Origin: Candidatus Hydrogenedentota bacterium
Lineage (GTDB): Bacteria; Hydrogenedentota; Hydrogenedentia; Hydrogenedentales; SLHB01
DNA: 64,000 bases
Direction: 5' to 3'
Assembly: GCA_045863295.1 (NCBI GenBank)
Contig: BTWA01000021.1
Location: forward strand, 1 to 64,000
Under the pieces are notes generated by a model. That model worked only from the letters and a program-made list of their open reading frames with translations. It was not told the origin of the DNA and searched no databases. This document shows, one piece after another, positions 20,774 through 31,789 of the stretch (position 1 is its first letter; every line of letters begins with the position of its first letter). A program made the translations under genes and the position numbers.

Positions 20774-21991
20774 ATGACCACAGAAGTGTTGCAGGACGCC
20801 ATGTTTTCGACAGATCAGATCAAGGCTCTACACGAAGCCCATATCCTTAATACGTATGGCGCACGCAAGCTCTCGCTGGTACGCGGGGAAGGCTGCACAG
20901 TGTGGGACGCCGAGGGCAACGAGTATCTTGACTGCATGGCGGGCATAGCCGTAGCCAGCCTGGGCCACTGCCATCCGGACGTGACTGACGCCATAGTCCG
21001 GCAGGCGCAAACCCTTGTTCACACGTCGAACCTCTATTACATTCAGCAGCAAGGCGAGCTTGCCGCGCTTTTGTGCAAACATTCGTTTGCCCAGAAGTGG
21101 TTCTTCGCCAATTGCGGTGCGACGGCAAACGAAGCCGCTATCAAACTCGCCCGGCGGTACTGGGCCCAACAGGGGACCCCCAGACCCACCATCGTCACCA
21201 TGAATCAGTCTTTTCATGGGCGCACGCTGGCCACCATCACGGCAACCGCGCAACCTAAATACCAAGAAGGGTTCGAGCCGCTGGTTCCCGGCTTCAAGCA
21301 TGTTGAATACAACGATTTGGACGCGCTTGAGCGTGCCCTTACGCCGGACGTGGGCGCGATTCTCGTTGAACCTATCCAAGGCGAAGGCGGTGTTCGCGTG
21401 CCGGATGGCGGTTATTTCAGGGGTGTGCGCGCACTATGCGATAAAGCCAACGTGCTCCTGTTGCTCGACGAAGTGCAGGTCGGCATGGGCCGCACGGGCA
21501 AGCTCTTTTGTCATGAACATGACGAGATTGCGCCAGACGTGATTACACTGGCCAAGGCGTTGGGCAATGGCGTGCCTATTGGCGCCATGGGATGCACGGA
21601 CAAGGTGGCGTCGGGCTTTTCCGTGGGATCGCATGCGAGCACCTTTGGGGGCAATCCGTTAAGCACGGCTGCCGCCTTAGCAACGTTGAAGGTTATGGTG
21701 CAACCGGGCTTTCTCGATGCGGTCACGCAAACGGGCAACCATTTTAAGCTCGGACTTCAGTCACTGGCCTCCAAGCACGCTCAGATCGTTGACGTTCGCG
21801 GCAAGGGGCTGATCCTGGGCATGGAACTGAACGCTCCGGTCGCGCCGGTGGTGCAGGCCATGCTTCAGAAGAACATCATCATTGGCAACGCCGGGCCCAA
21901 CACGCTCCGGTTCGTGCCGCCACTCATTATCTCAACCGACGCGGTAGACCGGGTAATTGAAACCCTGGACCAAGTCCTGGGAACCCTGTAA
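20774..21991 (+). CDS. argD: Acetylornithine aminotransferase
   Basis: PLP class III motifs SFHGRT, EPIQGEGG, DEVQ.G.GRTG, LAKALG, HASTFGGN; in the arg cluster. Confidence 0.93.
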   Translation: MTTEVLQDAMFSTDQIKALHEAHILNTYGARKLSLVRGEGCTVWDAEGNEYLDCMAGIAVASLGHCHPDVTDAIVRQAQTLVHTSNLYYIQQQGELAALLCKHSFAQKWFFANCGATANEAAIKLARRYWAQQGTPRPTIVTMNQSFHGRTLATITATAQPKYQEGFEPLVPGFKHVEYNDLDALERALTPDVGAILVEPIQGEGGVRVPDGGYFRGVRALCDKANVLLLLDEVQVGMGRTGKLFCHEHDEIAPDVITLAKALGNGVPIGAMGCTDKVASGFSVGSHASTFGGNPLSTAAALATLKVMVQPGFLDAVTQTGNHFKLGLQSLASKHAQIVDVRGKGLILGMELNAPVAPVVQAMLQKNIIIGNAGPNTLRFVPPLIISTDAVDRVIETLDQVLGTL

Positions 21992-22975
21992 ATGTTGCAC
22001 GATTTCATTTCTCTTGCGGATTGTTCGCCGGACGAAGTCACGTGGCTTCTGGACGAGGCGGCCCGCCTGAAGCAACGCCTGAAAGAAGGACGCATAGACA
22101 GTCCGCTGGCCGGCCAGACCGTTGCTATGATTTTTGAAAAGCCCAGCTTGCGAACGCGGGTGACGTTTGAAACCGGCATCTTCCAACTGGGCGGCCACGC
22201 CATCGTGTTGGAGTCAGGGCAGATTCGACTGGGCGAACGGGAGTCTGTTCCGGACGTAGCGCGCAATCTCGAACGCTGGGTGAATGCTGTCGTCGCGCGC
22301 ACGTTCAGCCATGAAGCGGTAGTGGATCTGGCCGCTCATGCGTCCGTGCCGGTCATCAATGCCCTCACGGACAAGCTGCATCCCTGCCAGATTGTGGCGG
22401 ATGCGCTCACCCTTCGCGAACACAAAGGCGAATTGAAAGGCAAGAAGGTCGCTTTTGTGGGCGATGGCAACAACGTGGCCGCGTCGTGGCTGAATTTTTC
22501 CGCGCGCGTGCCGATCCATTTTTCTCTGGTATGCCCCCCCGGCTATGAAGTTGATCCCGCGATTCTTGCGTTTGCGCAGCGGGAAGGCGATGGTGAGATT
22601 ATCCAGACGCACGATGTAGCCGAGGGCGTCGCGGATGCGGATGTGATCTATACCGACGTTTGGGCCAGCATGGGCCAGGAAAGCGAAGATGCCATTCGCA
22701 AAAAAGCGTTCGCACCCTACCAGGTTAATGCCGCGTTGATGGCCAAGGCCAAGAACGATGTTATCTTCATGCATTGCCTGCCGGCCAAACGCGGCTTTGA
22801 AGTAACCGATGAAGTCATGGACAGTCCGGGGTCCGTGGTCTTCGAACAGGCGGAAAACCGCCTGCATGCGCAGAAAGCCATTATGACCGCGCTCATGCTG
22901 AAAGACAAAGACGGCTTGTGCCCCAAACAGCGCGCGCGACTCGGCCGTACAATTACCAAGGCAACTGTCCACTAA
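21992..22975 (+). CDS. argF: Ornithine carbamoyltransferase
   Basis: SLRTR, HPCQ, DVWASMG, HCLPA and ENRLH motifs. Confidence 0.93.
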   Translation: MLHDFISLADCSPDEVTWLLDEAARLKQRLKEGRIDSPLAGQTVAMIFEKPSLRTRVTFETGIFQLGGHAIVLESGQIRLGERESVPDVARNLERWVNAVVARTFSHEAVVDLAAHASVPVINALTDKLHPCQIVADALTLREHKGELKGKKVAFVGDGNNVAASWLNFSARVPIHFSLVCPPGYEVDPAILAFAQREGDGEIIQTHDVAEGVADADVIYTDVWASMGQESEDAIRKKAFAPYQVNAALMAKAKNDVIFMHCLPAKRGFEVTDEVMDSPGSVVFEQAENRLHAQKAIMTALMLKDKDGLCPKQRARLGRTITKATVH

Positions 22976-23021
22976 GACAGCTCTCCGGTGCTTCCACCGG
23001 TTCGAAAGGATAGGATCAGCA

Positions 23022-24236
23022 ATGTCGACGGAAGTAAAGAAGATCGTATTGGCGTATTCGGGCGGATTGGACACTTCGGCCATTCTGCGCTGGCTTAAGG
23101 AAACCTATAAAGCAGAAGTCGTAGCGTTCATTGCCGACGTTGGCCAGGGCGAGGAATTGGAAGAGGCCCGGAAAAAAGCCATTGCCACAGGCGCCTCCGA
23201 GGCCGTGGTATACGACATGAAGCGTGAGTTCGTGCGCGACTTCGTGTTCAAGGCCTTGCGCGCCAATGCCATGTACGAAGGCTGCTATCTGATGGGCACA
23301 AGCATCGCGCGCCCGGTTATCGCCAAGGGGATGGTCGACGTGCTGCGAAAAACCGGCGCGGACGCCATTTCCCACGGCGCCACGGGTAAAGGCAACGATC
23401 AAGTACGCTTCGAGTTGACCGCGTTCGCGATGGAGCCTGGCGTAAAGATCATTGCCCCGTGGCGCGACCCCAACTGGGACCTGACCAGCCGCACGAAACT
23501 GATTGACTACTGCAAGAAATTCGGCATACCGGTGGAACAAACCGCGGCGAAGCCGTACTCCATGGACCGGAATCTGCTCCACATTTCCTTTGAAGGCGGA
23601 ATCCTGGAAGACCCTTGGAATGAACCGCCCAAGGACATGTTCCGGCTTTCCGTCGCGCCCGAAGATGCGCCCAATACGCCCACCTATGTGGAAATTGAAT
23701 TTGAGAAGGGCACACCGATCGCTGTCAATGGAGAGCGCATGGAGCCGGAAGTATTGCTCGCCAAGTGCAACGAATTGGGCGGCGCCAATGGCATCGGACG
23801 CGTGGACTTGGTCGAAAACCGGTTCGTGGGCATGAAATCGCGTGGCGTGTACGAAACGCCCGGCGGGACGATCCTGTACGCCGCGCACCGGGCCGTGGAA
23901 TCGCTGACCATGGATCGTGAAGTCATGCTCCAACGCGATCAGTTATCACCGAAGATCGCCCAGCTTATCTACAACGGATTCTGGTTCTCGCCTGAATTCA
24001 ACGCGCTCATGACGTATGTGGACGCTTCGCAGGAACACGTCACCGGCACCGCCCGGCTGAAGCTTTACAAGGGTAATTGCATAGTTGCCGGGCGCAAGGC
24101 GAAGAAGACCCTCTTTGATCCGAACATTTCAACATTCGAAGACGACGCTGGCGCATACGCCCAATCCGACGCGACAGGTTTCATCCGCCTGAACGCGTTA
24201 CGATTGCGCGTGCGAAAAAAAGCGGGATTCGAATAA
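23022..24236 (+). CDS. argG: Argininosuccinate synthase
   Basis: [24 protein letters not shown] and [10 protein letters not shown] motifs. Confidence 0.97.
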   Translation: MSTEVKKIVLAYSGGLDTSAILRWLKETYKAEVVAFIADVGQGEELEEARKKAIATGASEAVVYDMKREFVRDFVFKALRANAMYEGCYLMGTSIARPVIAKGMVDVLRKTGADAISHGATGKGNDQVRFELTAFAMEPGVKIIAPWRDPNWDLTSRTKLIDYCKKFGIPVEQTAAKPYSMDRNLLHISFEGGILEDPWNEPPKDMFRLSVAPEDAPNTPTYVEIEFEKGTPIAVNGERMEPEVLLAKCNELGGANGIGRVDLVENRFVGMKSRGVYETPGGTILYAAHRAVESLTMDREVMLQRDQLSPKIAQLIYNGFWFSPEFNALMTYVDASQEHVTGTARLKLYKGNCIVAGRKAKKTLFDPNISTFEDDAGAYAQSDATGFIRLNALRLRVRKKAGFE

Positions 24237-24666
24237 CAATTCGGAGAGGCACGTGCGTTACGCCGGTTGCCCATGAGGCGGACGTGAGATGGATCGACGC
24301 GCGCACCGGAATGAGATGGCGCGCAGCAGGAGAATTTCTGGCCGGATTCGTTCGCGCGAGCGGCATGCTCTCCCGATGGATTGAGCCCGGAATTCCGGTC
24401 TGTTTGGCCACCCATTCAGTGTAGATGGACCAACCTGTTTCGCTCCGGGACTCTCACACGCATTGAGGACGGCCCACAGGATTCGAGGTCCAATGAAGGA
24501 CTGCCTCGAATGGCCAAATGTAAACGGCGTTTAGAGAGGTTAACGCAAGAGAGTTAAGGAAGACACGGCCTTTGAAGGGCCGGTCTGCACCGTCTGCTGC
24601 ATTTCATTGAATGCAGCAGATGGCATTGAAATGGTTACGACAACCGCGGGAACTCGGCAGATTACC

Positions 24667-26064
24667 ATGGCAAAACTCTGGGGCGGGCGATTCGAATCGA
24701 AGACAGATGCCCTCGTCGAACAACTCGGCGAGTCGGTCTCGTATGACCAGCGTTTGGCGCCGTGGGATATCACGGCAAGCATTGCGCACGCGCGTATGCT
24801 GGGCAAGCAGGGCATCATTTCGAAGAGGGATGCCCAGGCCATTGTGAAAGGCTTGGAATCCATTCGAAAGGACGTGCTGGCGGGTAAACTGACCTATGAC
24901 TCCGCCCTTGAAGATGTACACACCAACATTGAATCGGAACTGGTCAAGCGTATTGGCGACGCCGGCAAACGCCTGCACACTGGCCGAAGCCGGAACGACC
25001 AGATAGCGACCGACGTCCGACTCTGGATGCGCGATCAGATTGACAATATCGTGACCTTGTTGCACAACCTGCGCAAGGCATTTGTCGATTTTGCGGAAGC
25101 GCACGTCGATGTAGTGATCCCTGGATATACACACCTGCAGCATGCGCAACCGGTTTTACTGTCGCATCACTATCTTGCATTTTACGAGATGTTCAGTCGC
25201 GACGCCTTGCGGTTTTCCGAGTTGCGGAAGCGCGTCGACGTCTTGCCGCTTGGGTCCGCGGCCATGGCGGGTACCCCCTACCCGATCGACCGCGACATGG
25301 TTGCCCGGGAACTGGGTTTTGCCGCGCTTTCCGCCAACAGCATGGACGCCGTTGCGGACCGCGACCATCTCATCGAATTCTGCGCCGCCTCGGCGCTCGT
25401 GATGATGCATCTTTCGCGCTTGTGTGAAGAACTCGTTTTGTGGTCCACATCCGAATTCCGATTTATTGAAATTGGCGACGCGTATACGACCGGATCCAGT
25501 ATCATGCCCCAGAAAAAGAACCCCGATGTCGCCGAACTGGTCCGGGGCAAGACTGGGCGAGTCTACGGTGACCTGACGGCACTCCTCACGCTGACCAAGG
25601 GGTTGCCCCTGACCTACAACCGAGACCTGCAAGAAGACAAGGAACCGCTGTTCGACGCGTCGGATACGGTCCAACTTTGCGTCGCGGTCGTGGCGCGCAT
25701 GATTCCGGCGATGACAGTCAACCGGGAAGCGGTAGACCAGGCTGTCAGAGAAGGATTCATGGAAGCCACGGATCTTGCCGATTATTTGGTGGAGAAAGGT
25801 GTTCCATTCAGGGAAGCTCATGGCATAATCGGGCGCATCGTGCTGGCCTGTGTGAGTCGAAATTGCCGGTTACCGGAATTGCCTCTGGAAACGTACCGCG
25901 AGTTCTCCGGTCACTTTGCGAAAGACGTGTACAGGCGACTGAGGCCACTGGAAATGACAGCCCGACGCAACCAGTTTGGCGGTACGGCCTTGCGCCAGGT
26001 AAAGGCCTCCATCGCGCGGGCCAGGCGTAGTTTGGCCCGGCCGGGTGCGTCCGTCTGTAAATAG
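24667..26064 (+). CDS. argH: Argininosuccinate lyase
   Basis: KLWGGRF, HTGRSRNDQ and GSSIMPQKKNPD motifs. Confidence 0.97.
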   Translation: MAKLWGGRFESKTDALVEQLGESVSYDQRLAPWDITASIAHARMLGKQGIISKRDAQAIVKGLESIRKDVLAGKLTYDSALEDVHTNIESELVKRIGDAGKRLHTGRSRNDQIATDVRLWMRDQIDNIVTLLHNLRKAFVDFAEAHVDVVIPGYTHLQHAQPVLLSHHYLAFYEMFSRDALRFSELRKRVDVLPLGSAAMAGTPYPIDRDMVARELGFAALSANSMDAVADRDHLIEFCAASALVMMHLSRLCEELVLWSTSEFRFIEIGDAYTTGSSIMPQKKNPDVAELVRGKTGRVYGDLTALLTLTKGLPLTYNRDLQEDKEPLFDASDTVQLCVAVVARMIPAMTVNREAVDQAVREGFMEATDLADYLVEKGVPFREAHGIIGRIVLACVSRNCRLPELPLETYREFSGHFAKDVYRRLRPLEMTARRNQFGGTALRQVKASIARARRSLARPGASVCK

Positions 26065-26124
26065 TGAACTTTCGACTATGAAATGTGATATGCTTCAAAG
26101 GGTTTGGGGTATACGAGTGCATTC

Positions 26125-27639
26125 ATGTCCTACGCAAACCGTATTTTGGTTGTAGACGACGAGTCAGTCATCCGGGAACTGTTGAGCGATATCCTTGTCG
26201 ATGAGGGGTATCCGGTGGAAACCACCAACAACGGTCCGGAGGCCTTGGAGATTCTCCGGGAAAACGACGACTTCGTGCTTCTCTTCACGGACATTATGAT
26301 GCCCGGGATGGACGGCATTCAGTTGGTCCGCGAAGCCCGAAAGATCCGCCCAGGGCTCATTCCAATCGTGATGACCGGCTTTGCTACGTTGGATACAGCC
26401 CGTGCCGCCGTCAAGGAAGGCGCGTATGACTACGTGCTCAAGCCGTTCAGCTTGAGCGAGGTTAAACTTGCGGTTTCCAACGCCCTGGAACGGTATCGGC
26501 TTGCCAGCGAAAACGCCCGCCTCCTCGAACTGACCGAGATCTTTAATATTAGTGAGCGCCTTGCGCACATTCACGACGAAACCGAACTATTGGATTACGT
26601 GCTGCATGCGGCACTCGACTTGGTCCAGGCAGAGCGTGGTTCCATCATGCTTTCCACGTTGGATGGGGCATGCCTTGAAATAGCGGCCAGCGTTGGCCTC
26701 CCGGATAAAGTCGTTAAGACGCTGGTGCCCAAGAGCCAGAGCATTTCCGGATGGGTGGCTGAGCACAATCGCCCACTCTTGGTAGAAAATCTAAAGCAAA
26801 GTGCGGAATTTGAAGGTCTTAGCCGGAAACTGGGCGACGATTCCTTCGTATCGCTCCCGTTGGAGCGCAACCGCATCGCGCCTGAAAATCAGAACGGTTC
26901 GCCTGCGGACCGCGTGCTGGCTGTGCTTAATGTCTGTCGAAAGACAACCGGAGATGTCTTCAAGGACAGCGACCTGAAAATGCTGAACATCCTTGCCAAT
27001 CAGGCGTCCGCCGCTATTCAGAATGTCCGGCTTATCGATGCCATCAAACGCGATCACGTGGACACGATCCGAGCGATGGTCGGTTTGGTTGAGGCCAAGG
27101 AAGAATACCTTGTCGGTCATCATGATAGAGTTGACTCTATTTGCGCGGCTTTGGGCCGGAAACTGGGCCTGAATCCCGAAGAAATGGAGACTCTGCGGCT
27201 GGGAGCCGCCCTTTACGATATTGGCCGGATCAGTGTTGGCGATGACATTCTCAAAAAGCCCGGGCCGTTGAATGACGAGGAGTGGACTATTATCCGGCGC
27301 CACCCGGTTGTTGCATGTTCCATTTTGCAACCTATGCGATTTTTGAGTCAGGAACACGTGCAAATCGTTCGGAATCACCATGAACGGTTTGATGGCACCG
27401 GCTATCCGGATGGGCTCAAAGGCGAAGAGATTCCGTTATTGGCCCGGATTGTAGCGCTTGCCGATGCCTATGCCGCCATGACCAGCGTTAGGCCATTTCG
27501 TCAGGCCTTGGACAGGGACCGGGCCTTGGCCGAGATTCAAAAATGCAGCAGTTCCCAATTTGACCCCGAGATTGCCCGGGCTTTGGTCGAGAGTGAGTTG
27601 GAAAACCGACAGTCCCAGAGCAAAGCCCAACCCGCCTGA
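26125..27639 (+). CDS. Response regulator with REC-GAF-HD-GYP architecture (HD replaced by YD)
   Basis: REC motifs VVDD, TDIMMP, KPF; central GAF domain; HHERFDGTGYP and LADAYAAMTS.RP. Confidence 0.9.
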   Translation: MSYANRILVVDDESVIRELLSDILVDEGYPVETTNNGPEALEILRENDDFVLLFTDIMMPGMDGIQLVREARKIRPGLIPIVMTGFATLDTARAAVKEGAYDYVLKPFSLSEVKLAVSNALERYRLASENARLLELTEIFNISERLAHIHDETELLDYVLHAALDLVQAERGSIMLSTLDGACLEIAASVGLPDKVVKTLVPKSQSISGWVAEHNRPLLVENLKQSAEFEGLSRKLGDDSFVSLPLERNRIAPENQNGSPADRVLAVLNVCRKTTGDVFKDSDLKMLNILANQASAAIQNVRLIDAIKRDHVDTIRAMVGLVEAKEEYLVGHHDRVDSICAALGRKLGLNPEEMETLRLGAALYDIGRISVGDDILKKPGPLNDEEWTIIRRHPVVACSILQPMRFLSQEHVQIVRNHHERFDGTGYPDGLKGEEIPLLARIVALADAYAAMTSVRPFRQALDRDRALAEIQKCSSSQFDPEIARALVESELENRQSQSKAQPA

Positions 27640-27802
27640 TTGTCTTTATTCTTTCGACCGCCGAATTGCCTGAATCAACTTTAACTCCCCGGTTCAGGAC
27701 CCATCCTAATTTCCGACACTTTCGTGGAATCGAGTAAAGGCTGGTACAATTCAGAAGCAGTGCTAGGGTAGTTAGACTTTTTCTTGCAAGGACAAGGTTG
27801 AA

Positions 27803-28762
27803 ATGCCGCAGGAAAACAACAAAGAGAAACTAACCCAGTACATCGCCGTAGGAACGTCGGTGGGTGTATTAATAATCATGCTCGTGCTGGGCCTTTTTTT
27901 CAGGGGCGGAGGCGGAAACGCTATTTCCCGCGAGGCCGCATCGAAGCCGCTCGTAGCGAAAACGACTCGGGCGAATCAGAAAACCATCCAATCAGAAAAG
28001 CGAAACGCCAATTACGATAACTTTAAACGCACCTCAACCAACAAACCTCGCGAGACGCCCACAGAAAGGGCATTGGCAGCGGATTCCAAGGAAGACGAGC
28101 CGGGCGAGTCTGGACAGAATAATGCCGACCCGCCAGAATCGCAGGGATCATCTGAATCGGAAATTCACGAGGAAATGACGGAAGACGCCCAGAACAGCAC
28201 CGAGGACTCCGGCGGCGCTTCCGTGGAGTCTCCGGAACAGGCCATTGAGGCCATTGTGGGAGCATTTGATTCGTTGGATCAGGTTGCCAATGCATCAGCG
28301 GTCTATCGCACACTGGGGGAACTCTATTTGCAGACCACTCCTGTGCAGCTAGAAATGGCAAGAGTGAGCCTCGCCGCGGCTATTGAAACGGCTGGCGATG
28401 AAACCGAGCGGAACGAAGCGGTACTTGCTCAGGCCAATTTGCTGTTTGCAACGGGTGATTGGGCTGGCGCGGAAGACCTGCTTGCCGCAACCCCTATTAA
28501 GGAAGAGGCTGAGTCTCTCGACGAGGTGCGTTTGCAGCTTCTGCACGGAGCCTTGCGTGATCGTGCGGGCAACGAAGAAGAGGCCGAGGAACTTTATGCG
28601 GCGGCCGTCCGCAGGTCTGAAGCATTGCTCCAAAGCGATCCTGAAGCTAGCGCCGTTTACAGGGAAGGGTGCGTTAAGTTGGCACGTCTCTACAGAAGCA
28701 CGGGCCGGGGAGAACAAGCCGACCGCATCGCAAATGCAATGGCGATCGCGCTGAAGCCCTAG
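27803..28762 (+). CDS. Membrane-anchored protein with acidic linker and TPR-like helical C-terminus
   Basis: Single N-terminal TM, disordered acidic region, TPR-like Ala/Leu helices; extended -10 (TGGTACAAT) upstream. Confidence 0.6.
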   Translation: MPQENNKEKLTQYIAVGTSVGVLIIMLVLGLFFRGGGGNAISREAASKPLVAKTTRANQKTIQSEKRNANYDNFKRTSTNKPRETPTERALAADSKEDEPGESGQNNADPPESQGSSESEIHEEMTEDAQNSTEDSGGASVESPEQAIEAIVGAFDSLDQVANASAVYRTLGELYLQTTPVQLEMARVSLAAAIETAGDETERNEAVLAQANLLFATGDWAGAEDLLAATPIKEEAESLDEVRLQLLHGALRDRAGNEEEAEELYAAAVRRSEALLQSDPEASAVYREGCVKLARLYRSTGRGEQADRIANAMAIALKP

Positions 28763-28970
28763 ATTGTATTTGGCACAGCACTTATCGTTTGTGAGCAACC
28801 GTGCCGAGATCATTGGAGTGCGAAATGACCGAATAGATTCGCATTGGCTTGAAACTCGCCCGGAATCTGCACACGCACTCTGATGTGGTTGCTGTCTCGA
28901 CCTCAATCAAGCGATATCGCTGAAATATATCGCGCGTTGGAGGACACACGAAGAGCATAGATTTGTTGCT

Positions 28971-30338
28971 CTATTTCCCAGTACCTGAATGAAGTACATA
29001 TAAGGCATTTTTGCCGCGTAATCCTATGCTTCCTTGGCTGCGTCCCTGCAAATCCTCCATGAATGCCAGGCCGATTATGGGTTCTGGAAACGCGTGAATC
29101 TCGTCGGCGCGCTGTTGAAATCCTTCGTTGTAGATCCACACCGCCAGGTTTCTAGAATCGGTGCTTCCGGCGAGGTCTGTGCTTCCGTCACCGTTGAAAT
29201 CGCCAAGAATCAGGTTTCGGATAGGCGTGTCTTGTCCTGAACTGAACCACCAATCCAAGGGCAACATGTTCTCGATCACTGCGACAGCCTTTGGATCGAT
29301 GCGCCCCTTAGCCGGATTGTACAGGTGTGCCGTCAAACGGACTGGCCACTCACGGCCCGTAATTGACTTCATGATTGCATCGACCGAACTGCCCAGCCCA
29401 TCCGTGGTCCAGAAAAGCACGTCACCGTAACCGTCACCGTTGAAATCCGGTACCCGATCCGGCACACATACAATGGTTCCCGGATACCTGCGTGCTGGTC
29501 CGAGTGGCGTAGGTAGGTTTGCAGCCGCAACGGATTCCTGTCGAATATGTATAAACGTGTGCTGTCCAATGGTGTCGACCGCACAATATGCCTGAATGCG
29601 TTCGGCCGTCAGATTCGTGCTCACGCCGAAGCTTGACCATGACTCCGGATCGGATGCCCCCGCGGATCCGACTCGCGTCACATCGCCCCGAATGGCGGTA
29701 CTCCATGTCAATGGCCTGTTTGCGCGTGCCTCGGTCGGCAGCTTGTACTCCAGAAACGGCCGAAGCCAGACACTGAACTCCAGGCCTTCCCCGGGATCAA
29801 ATCCCTGCATGGAAGCTACTTGCCAGGTTAGAAACGACCAGCGGGACTTGGTAATTGCCGCCTCCAAGGAAATGGAAGCGATCTCTTCGCCGGCAGCATT
29901 GAGATAGACAACCGAGTCGTCTGTGGGTAATGCCAAGGCTGGCGCGCTTTGATACTGCACAACGAGCACACGCGGAAATGGCGACCCTTCATGCTTTGTG
30001 TAGACGGAGGATCGGGTGGCGATGTTCCGGGATTCAAAAGGTTCGGTCATCGACACGGACTGTATCTCTTCGCCTGCTATGACAATAACTTCGTTGCGGC
30101 CATCGCTGTCCAGATCTGCCACATCGACCGCAGACGTGTGTTCTGGAAGTAATAAATCGCGCTTTGCTCCCGATCGCGGCCAGATTGCAAGCGTATTGCC
30201 ATTCAAAACGAAAACACTTGCGCCTTCGTCACTTCCAAAACGTGCCAGAAAGATGTGCGGGGAGCCAGACTCAACCGGTACTGTCTGAACGTCGAACAGG
30301 GCGGCAAGCGTCAGACTCAAGACACCGACCATCGTCAT
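28971..30338 (-). CDS. Secreted FG-GAP/VCBS repeat protein
   Basis: DLDSDGRNE, DFNGDGYGD and DFNGDGSTD Ca-binding motifs; short signal-like N-terminus. Confidence 0.75.
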   Translation of the reverse strand: MTMVGVLSLTLAALFDVQTVPVESGSPHIFLARFGSDEGASVFVLNGNTLAIWPRSGAKRDLLLPEHTSAVDVADLDSDGRNEVIVIAGEEIQSVSMTEPFESRNIATRSSVYTKHEGSPFPRVLVVQYQSAPALALPTDDSVVYLNAAGEEIASISLEAAITKSRWSFLTWQVASMQGFDPGEGLEFSVWLRPFLEYKLPTEARANRPLTWSTAIRGDVTRVGSAGASDPESWSSFGVSTNLTAERIQAYCAVDTIGQHTFIHIRQESVAAANLPTPLGPARRYPGTIVCVPDRVPDFNGDGYGDVLFWTTDGLGSSVDAIMKSITGREWPVRLTAHLYNPAKGRIDPKAVAVIENMLPLDWWFSSGQDTPIRNLILGDFNGDGSTDLAGSTDSRNLAVWIYNEGFQQRADEIHAFPEPIIGLAFMEDLQGRSQGSIGLRGKNALYVLHSGTGK

Positions 30339-31789
30339 GGCTTCGTCTCGCGGTTCAAAAACAGTACGCCGGCCGCACCGTCTTGCGTAGGTGAACCCAT
30401 GGTACGGGCACACACGTCATATCGGCCATCGCCGTCTATGTCGGCCACTTCGGGAAAACTCTCTTCCTCCGTCTTCAAAATGTGCGACGGCTTTGGTTCG
30501 AAACCCTCTTTGCCGCCATAGTAGATTCGAATCTCTCGGGGTTTTTCCGCGACACACGCATCGTGATATCCATCGCCATTGAAATCACCGTCCAGGTTTA
30601 CAAGGCCGCTGGAGCGATACTTCAGAAACCGGCGCGATTCAAACCATGGCCGCTCTTCGAAAGCGATGGAGAACCGGCCAATAATGTCTGGTGTGGTGGA
30701 AAACTGATTGCGTTCATCCTGGAGATGGATACGGATTTCGTGCGTCACGTAAGTGCCCGTCAAAAACCTAAGCGCGGTTTCACGTATGCCGCCGTCAAAC
30801 AAATCGGTGCCGCATAAAACCAAATCCAGTCGATCGTCCCGGTTATAATCCACGAACAATGTGTGGGGCGAAAACCCAACGGTTTGAAAGGACTGAAACG
30901 TATTGCCCCCGTCCGTTGAAATGCTTGCCCTGTAAACGGGTTTGGGTACGGCGGACGCTGATGTCGCGGCTTGTTGGTACTCCACAAAATCCACCGTATC
31001 CCCTGGATTCAGAAAACACGGTTTAAAGGTGGGGGGCACGGTGCCTTGATTCCGACGTTCTGGTTGCTCATCCCGGAGACGGAACGTGGACGCGTCAATC
31101 GAATAGCGGGTCGTCGCATACCTCAATCGTCCGTCGCCCGTGGGTGCGTCCTGTAGCACATGGATGAATCCTCCTTGCATCCACAAGGTGGGTCGCGCCC
31201 CCAATGAAGGAAAGCGCCATGCGCGCCGTTCCACAGGCCATACGGGTTGCGCTGGATCCTCGGTCAGAAATACGGATGGGTATACGTCGAGAAGAGAGGC
31301 CTCGTAGTACCACCTTTCCCCGCGAGTATAGACATGCAGCCCGTCTTCACCGGGCACGATGATTTCCGGGTCGTCGTCATTATTGATGTCGAAAAGGAAC
31401 CGGCGGGGCGGAAAATCCTGTTGGGTGAATACATCTTTGGCGGGCCAGACCAATTCCTGAGAAAGTACATGTTGCCACCCGGTCTCCCACCGGAACAAGT
31501 CGAGCTTACCTAAGGTGCGAACGTACAGCGTGGCGTGCCATAAGTCCCAATGATAGTCCGTGGGCCAGGTTGGAAGCGGCTCGACGTCTGCCACAGCGTA
31601 GCGGCCATTTCGCTGAAACGCGATGCCCTGGTCCATCACCAAATCATTGGCGCCGTCGCCGTCGAAGTCGGCCCTGCGAACGCCGGCGCCCTGTTGTTCC
31701 AAAAAGCCGAAGCTGGTGTAAAAATTACCCGGGATCTCCTGCTGCACGAAATCCAGACTGCTTAACGCAATGCAGGCCAGCATGATCAT
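30335..31789 (-). CDS. Secreted FG-GAP/VCBS repeat protein
   Basis: DFDGDG, DINNDD, DYNRDD, DFNGDG and DIDGDG motifs. Confidence 0.75.
   Translation of the reverse strand: MIMLACIALSSLDFVQQEIPGNFYTSFGFLEQQGAGVRRADFDGDGANDLVMDQGIAFQRNGRYAVADVEPLPTWPTDYHWDLWHATLYVRTLGKLDLFRWETGWQHVLSQELVWPAKDVFTQQDFPPRRFLFDINNDDDPEIIVPGEDGLHVYTRGERWYYEASLLDVYPSVFLTEDPAQPVWPVERRAWRFPSLGARPTLWMQGGFIHVLQDAPTGDGRLRYATTRYSIDASTFRLRDEQPERRNQGTVPPTFKPCFLNPGDTVDFVEYQQAATSASAVPKPVYRASISTDGGNTFQSFQTVGFSPHTLFVDYNRDDRLDLVLCGTDLFDGGIRETALRFLTGTYVTHEIRIHLQDERNQFSTTPDIIGRFSIAFEERPWFESRRFLKYRSSGLVNLDGDFNGDGYHDACVAEKPREIRIYYGGKEGFEPKPSHILKTEEESFPEVADIDGDGRYDVCARTMGSPTQDGAAGVLFLNRETKP

Noticed and set aside
22130..22160. ArgF SLRT motif as a sign of an N-acetyl/N-succinyl-ornithine transcarbamylase
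   Set aside because: The DxxxSMG loop and HCLPA of ordinary ornithine carbamoyltransferase are intact; SLRT alone is not diagnostic.
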